A stretch of 64,000 bases of DNA, taken from assembly GCF_028368995.1 (NCBI RefSeq), contig NZ_JAQNDL010000002.1, positions 1,937,776-2,001,775 of the forward strand. Direction: 5' to 3'. The DNA is from Nannocystis bainbridge (GTDB lineage: Bacteria > Myxococcota_A > Polyangia > Nannocystales > Nannocystaceae). Positions 61,805-64,000 of this stretch are shown here, in pieces (the stretch's first letter is position 1; the number at the start of each line of letters is the position of its first letter). The position numbers were made by a program, and so were the translations under genes. The notes under the pieces were generated by a model. That model ran no database searches. It worked only from the letters and a program-made list of their open reading frames with translations, and was not told where the DNA came from.

Positions 61805-62102
61805 CCGACCTGACCGATGGGCCAGCTCGCCGTTTCCGTCCGTCGAGCGATCTCGACATCCACCTGTCCCTTCGGCCAGCTCGCGCCCTCTCCCCGCCGG
61901 GTTTCACGACCGGCCACCTATCCCTTCAGCCAGCTCGCCGCCCCCGCCCGTCGAGCGATCCCGACAACCTACCTGTCCCTTCGGCCAGATCTCGCCCTCT
62001 CCCCGCCGGGTCTCACGACCGGCCACCTGTCTCTTCAGCCAGCTCGCCGCCCCTGCCCGTCGGGCGATCCCGACGACCTACCTGTCCCTTCGGCCAGCTC
62101 AC
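61805..62102. repeat. Array of ACCTRTCYCTTCRGCCAG with about 54-bp period and alternating A/B spacers
   Basis: Units at about 61806, 61861, 61915, 61970, 62024, 62079. Confidence 0.9.
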
Positions 62103-62264
62103 CGCGACCCCACCGCCGACCAGCGCTGACCGGGCCCGCCAAGACGAGCCCCCGGCTCGGTCTCGAACGGTAGAGACGGCTCACCCCCTTCTCCCCGCCT
62201 GCCACCACGTTCCGCGCCCCGATCCGCGATCGGCGGCCGCGCCGCTGGTCAGCCCCGGCAATTT

Positions 62265-63164
62265 TTGGCACTCCTGCAGCCGGTGCTGCTCGTCCCCGCG
62301 CTCCTGGCCGTCCTCGTGGCCGCGCCGATCGAAGTCGGCACCTCTCTCGTCGACGCCACCCGGCTCGCGGCCGGCTTGCGCGCGCGCGTCGGCCCGGAGC
62401 TCGACGACTGGACCATCACCGTCGGCCCGGCCGACGGCGCCGACGCCCTGCGCGTCACCCTCGCGCGGGGCGACGGCCGCGCCGCCAGCCACACCGTCCG
62501 CCTCGCCGGCAAGACCGTCGAGGATCGCACCCGCGAGCTCGCCGCCAGCATCACCCTGTTGATGGACAGCCACCCGGCCGATCTGACCCCCGCGGCGCCC
62601 GCGTCCCCCGCTCGGCCGGCCCCTCAGCGCTCGCCGCCGCTGCCCCGGCCGCCCGACGCGCCCGCCTCGCGCCCCCCGCGGCCTGCCCTGCGCGGCTGGC
62701 TCGGCCTCGGCCCGCGCATCGAGGTCGGCAGCGGCCTGCGCTACGAGGCCGGCCTCGACCTCCTCGGCGGCTTGTGGCTCGCGCGCGAGCACGTCCAGCC
62801 GCTCATCGGCCTCGGCTTCAGCGGCGGCGCCCGCCACGGGATCTCCGTGCTCCACGCCCGCTTCGGCGCCGGCGCGGCCTTTGGCGCCCCGCTCGGCCCC
62901 GGAGGCCGGCTCTGGCTCGGCGCCCACCTCCTCGGCCACGCCCTGTACCTCCACGCCGTCGAGGTCGGGACCGACGCCACCTGGCTGTCCTCGACCGAGA
63001 TCGGCGGCCTCCTGCAGTACCGCGGCCGCCGCCTGTTCCTCGGCCTGCGCACCGGCCTCGACCTCACCTTGCCCGCCGTGTCGATCCGCGGCACCCGCGG
63101 GGTCGTGCGCCGCGAGGTCCCGCGCTGGTGCTTCGGCCTCATGTTCGGCGTGAAGTTCGGCTGA
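62265..63164 (+). CDS. Secreted protein with Pro-rich linker and C-terminal beta-barrel-like strands
   Basis: Signal-like N-terminus; architecture like 58092-59132; ends FGLMFGVKFG. Confidence 0.75.
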   Translation: MALLQPVLLVPALLAVLVAAPIEVGTSLVDATRLAAGLRARVGPELDDWTITVGPADGADALRVTLARGDGRAASHTVRLAGKTVEDRTRELAASITLLMDSHPADLTPAAPASPARPAPQRSPPLPRPPDAPASRPPRPALRGWLGLGPRIEVGSGLRYEAGLDLLGGLWLAREHVQPLIGLGFSGGARHGISVLHARFGAGAAFGAPLGPGGRLWLGAHLLGHALYLHAVEVGTDATWLSSTEIGGLLQYRGRRLFLGLRTGLDLTLPAVSIRGTRGVVRREVPRWCFGLMFGVKFG

Positions 63165-63187
63165 TCGGCGCCGCCGCAGCTCTCAGG

Positions 63188-63280
63188 TCGCATGCCCCGG
63201 GGACATGCCCTCTCGAGCATGTGCAAAAAGACATGTCCACTCTAACATGTCCATCCAGACATGCCCCTTCAAACATGTCT
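63188..63280. repeat. 14-bp-phased CATG array (7 units)
   Basis: CATG at 63191, 63204, 63218, 63232, 63246, 63260, 63274 (first step is 13 bp). Confidence 0.95.
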
Positions 63281-63303
63281 CTTCACGCAGAACCCATCGC
63301 CGC

Positions 63304-63882
63304 TCACTCGTGGATCTTCCGGCCCTTGGCCAGCATCTCGACGAAGCGCTCCACCTGCCGCGCGCGCGTCTCCGGCTTCTTCGCCGTCTGCAGGCGGAAC
63401 AGCAGCGCGTAGCGGTTGGCCGCGTCCAGCCCGGCGAACGCCGCCTGCGCGGCCGGCACGCGGGCCAGCGCCGCCGTCAGCTCCGCCGGCACCTCGATGC
63501 GGCTCGCGGGCGCGTACGCGGCGTCCCAACGGCCGTCGGCGCGGGCCCGCTCGACCTCTGCCAGCCCCGCCGGCTGCATCGCCCCGCGCTCGACCAGCGC
63601 CTGCACCCGCTCGCGGTTGATCTGCGACCACAAGCTCCGCGGCCCGCGCGGCGTGAACCGCTGCAGCCAGCTGTCGCCGTCGTGGGCCTTCTTCTGGCTG
63701 TCGATCCAGCCCCACACCAGCGCCACGTCGACCGCGTCCGAGTAGCTCACCGAGCGCAGCGACTTGCCCTTCTTGGCCAGCTGCAGCCAGGCCCCGGGCG
63801 AGCTGCGGTGGTGCTCCGCCAGCCAGCGCGAGAACGCGTCGGCGTCGGCGAACAGGACGATGGGCAACGTCGGCGCGGCCAT
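63304..63882 (-). CDS. YdeI/OmpD-associated family protein
   Basis: WLAEHH, SYSDAVDVALVWGWIDSQ, RFTPRGPRSLWSQIN, AKKPETRARQV. Confidence 0.93.
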   Translation of the reverse strand: MAAPTLPIVLFADADAFSRWLAEHHRSSPGAWLQLAKKGKSLRSVSYSDAVDVALVWGWIDSQKKAHDGDSWLQRFTPRGPRSLWSQINRERVQALVERGAMQPAGLAEVERARADGRWDAAYAPASRIEVPAELTAALARVPAAQAAFAGLDAANRYALLFRLQTAKKPETRARQVERFVEMLAKGRKIHE

Positions 63883-64000
63883 GTCCCCCAGCAGAGCACC
63901 CGCCCCGCGCCCGCGCTTGTAAAAACGCGACACCTGCCCCCAAAGCCAGCTCGCCCGCCCCCCGCCGACTCCGCGTTCAGGTCGGCCACGGTCTCGCAAT

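Noticed and set aside
61805-62102. CRISPR array
   Set aside because: Spacers are not unique (they alternate A/B), repeats are degenerate and no cas genes are in the window.

Overview
Very GC-rich bacterial DNA, most likely a myxobacterium of the Nannocystis type. This is inferred from MYXO-CTERM proteins, many Thr-rich and Cys-rich lipoproteins, a Ser/Thr kinase-WD40 protein and an ECF module. About 48 credible CDSs; no rRNA, tRNA, transposase or cas genes seen. Highlights: (1) a short major-vault-protein (MVP)-like gene beside an Rnl2-type RNA ligase and an R2K-type ATP-grasp enzyme (48.6-52.1 kb); (2) a pervasive non-coding motif, CATG-centred 10-mers repeated at an almost invariant 14-bp period, in arrays of 2-7 units at about 17 intergenic sites, mostly just past stop codons, plus related CTG-N10-CAG dyad arrays; (3) a complete microviridin-type graspetide cluster whose precursor has an extra CxxxxC loop before the core, flanked by a kinase and an FHA-like regulator; (4) a lipoprotein built from two [Cys-domain + Hint] units; (5) two apparent pseudo-enzymes (a Cys-free C45 Ntn hydrolase and a pepsin-like lipoprotein with one Asp lost). 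All family calls come from motif recognition by eye, not from database searches.
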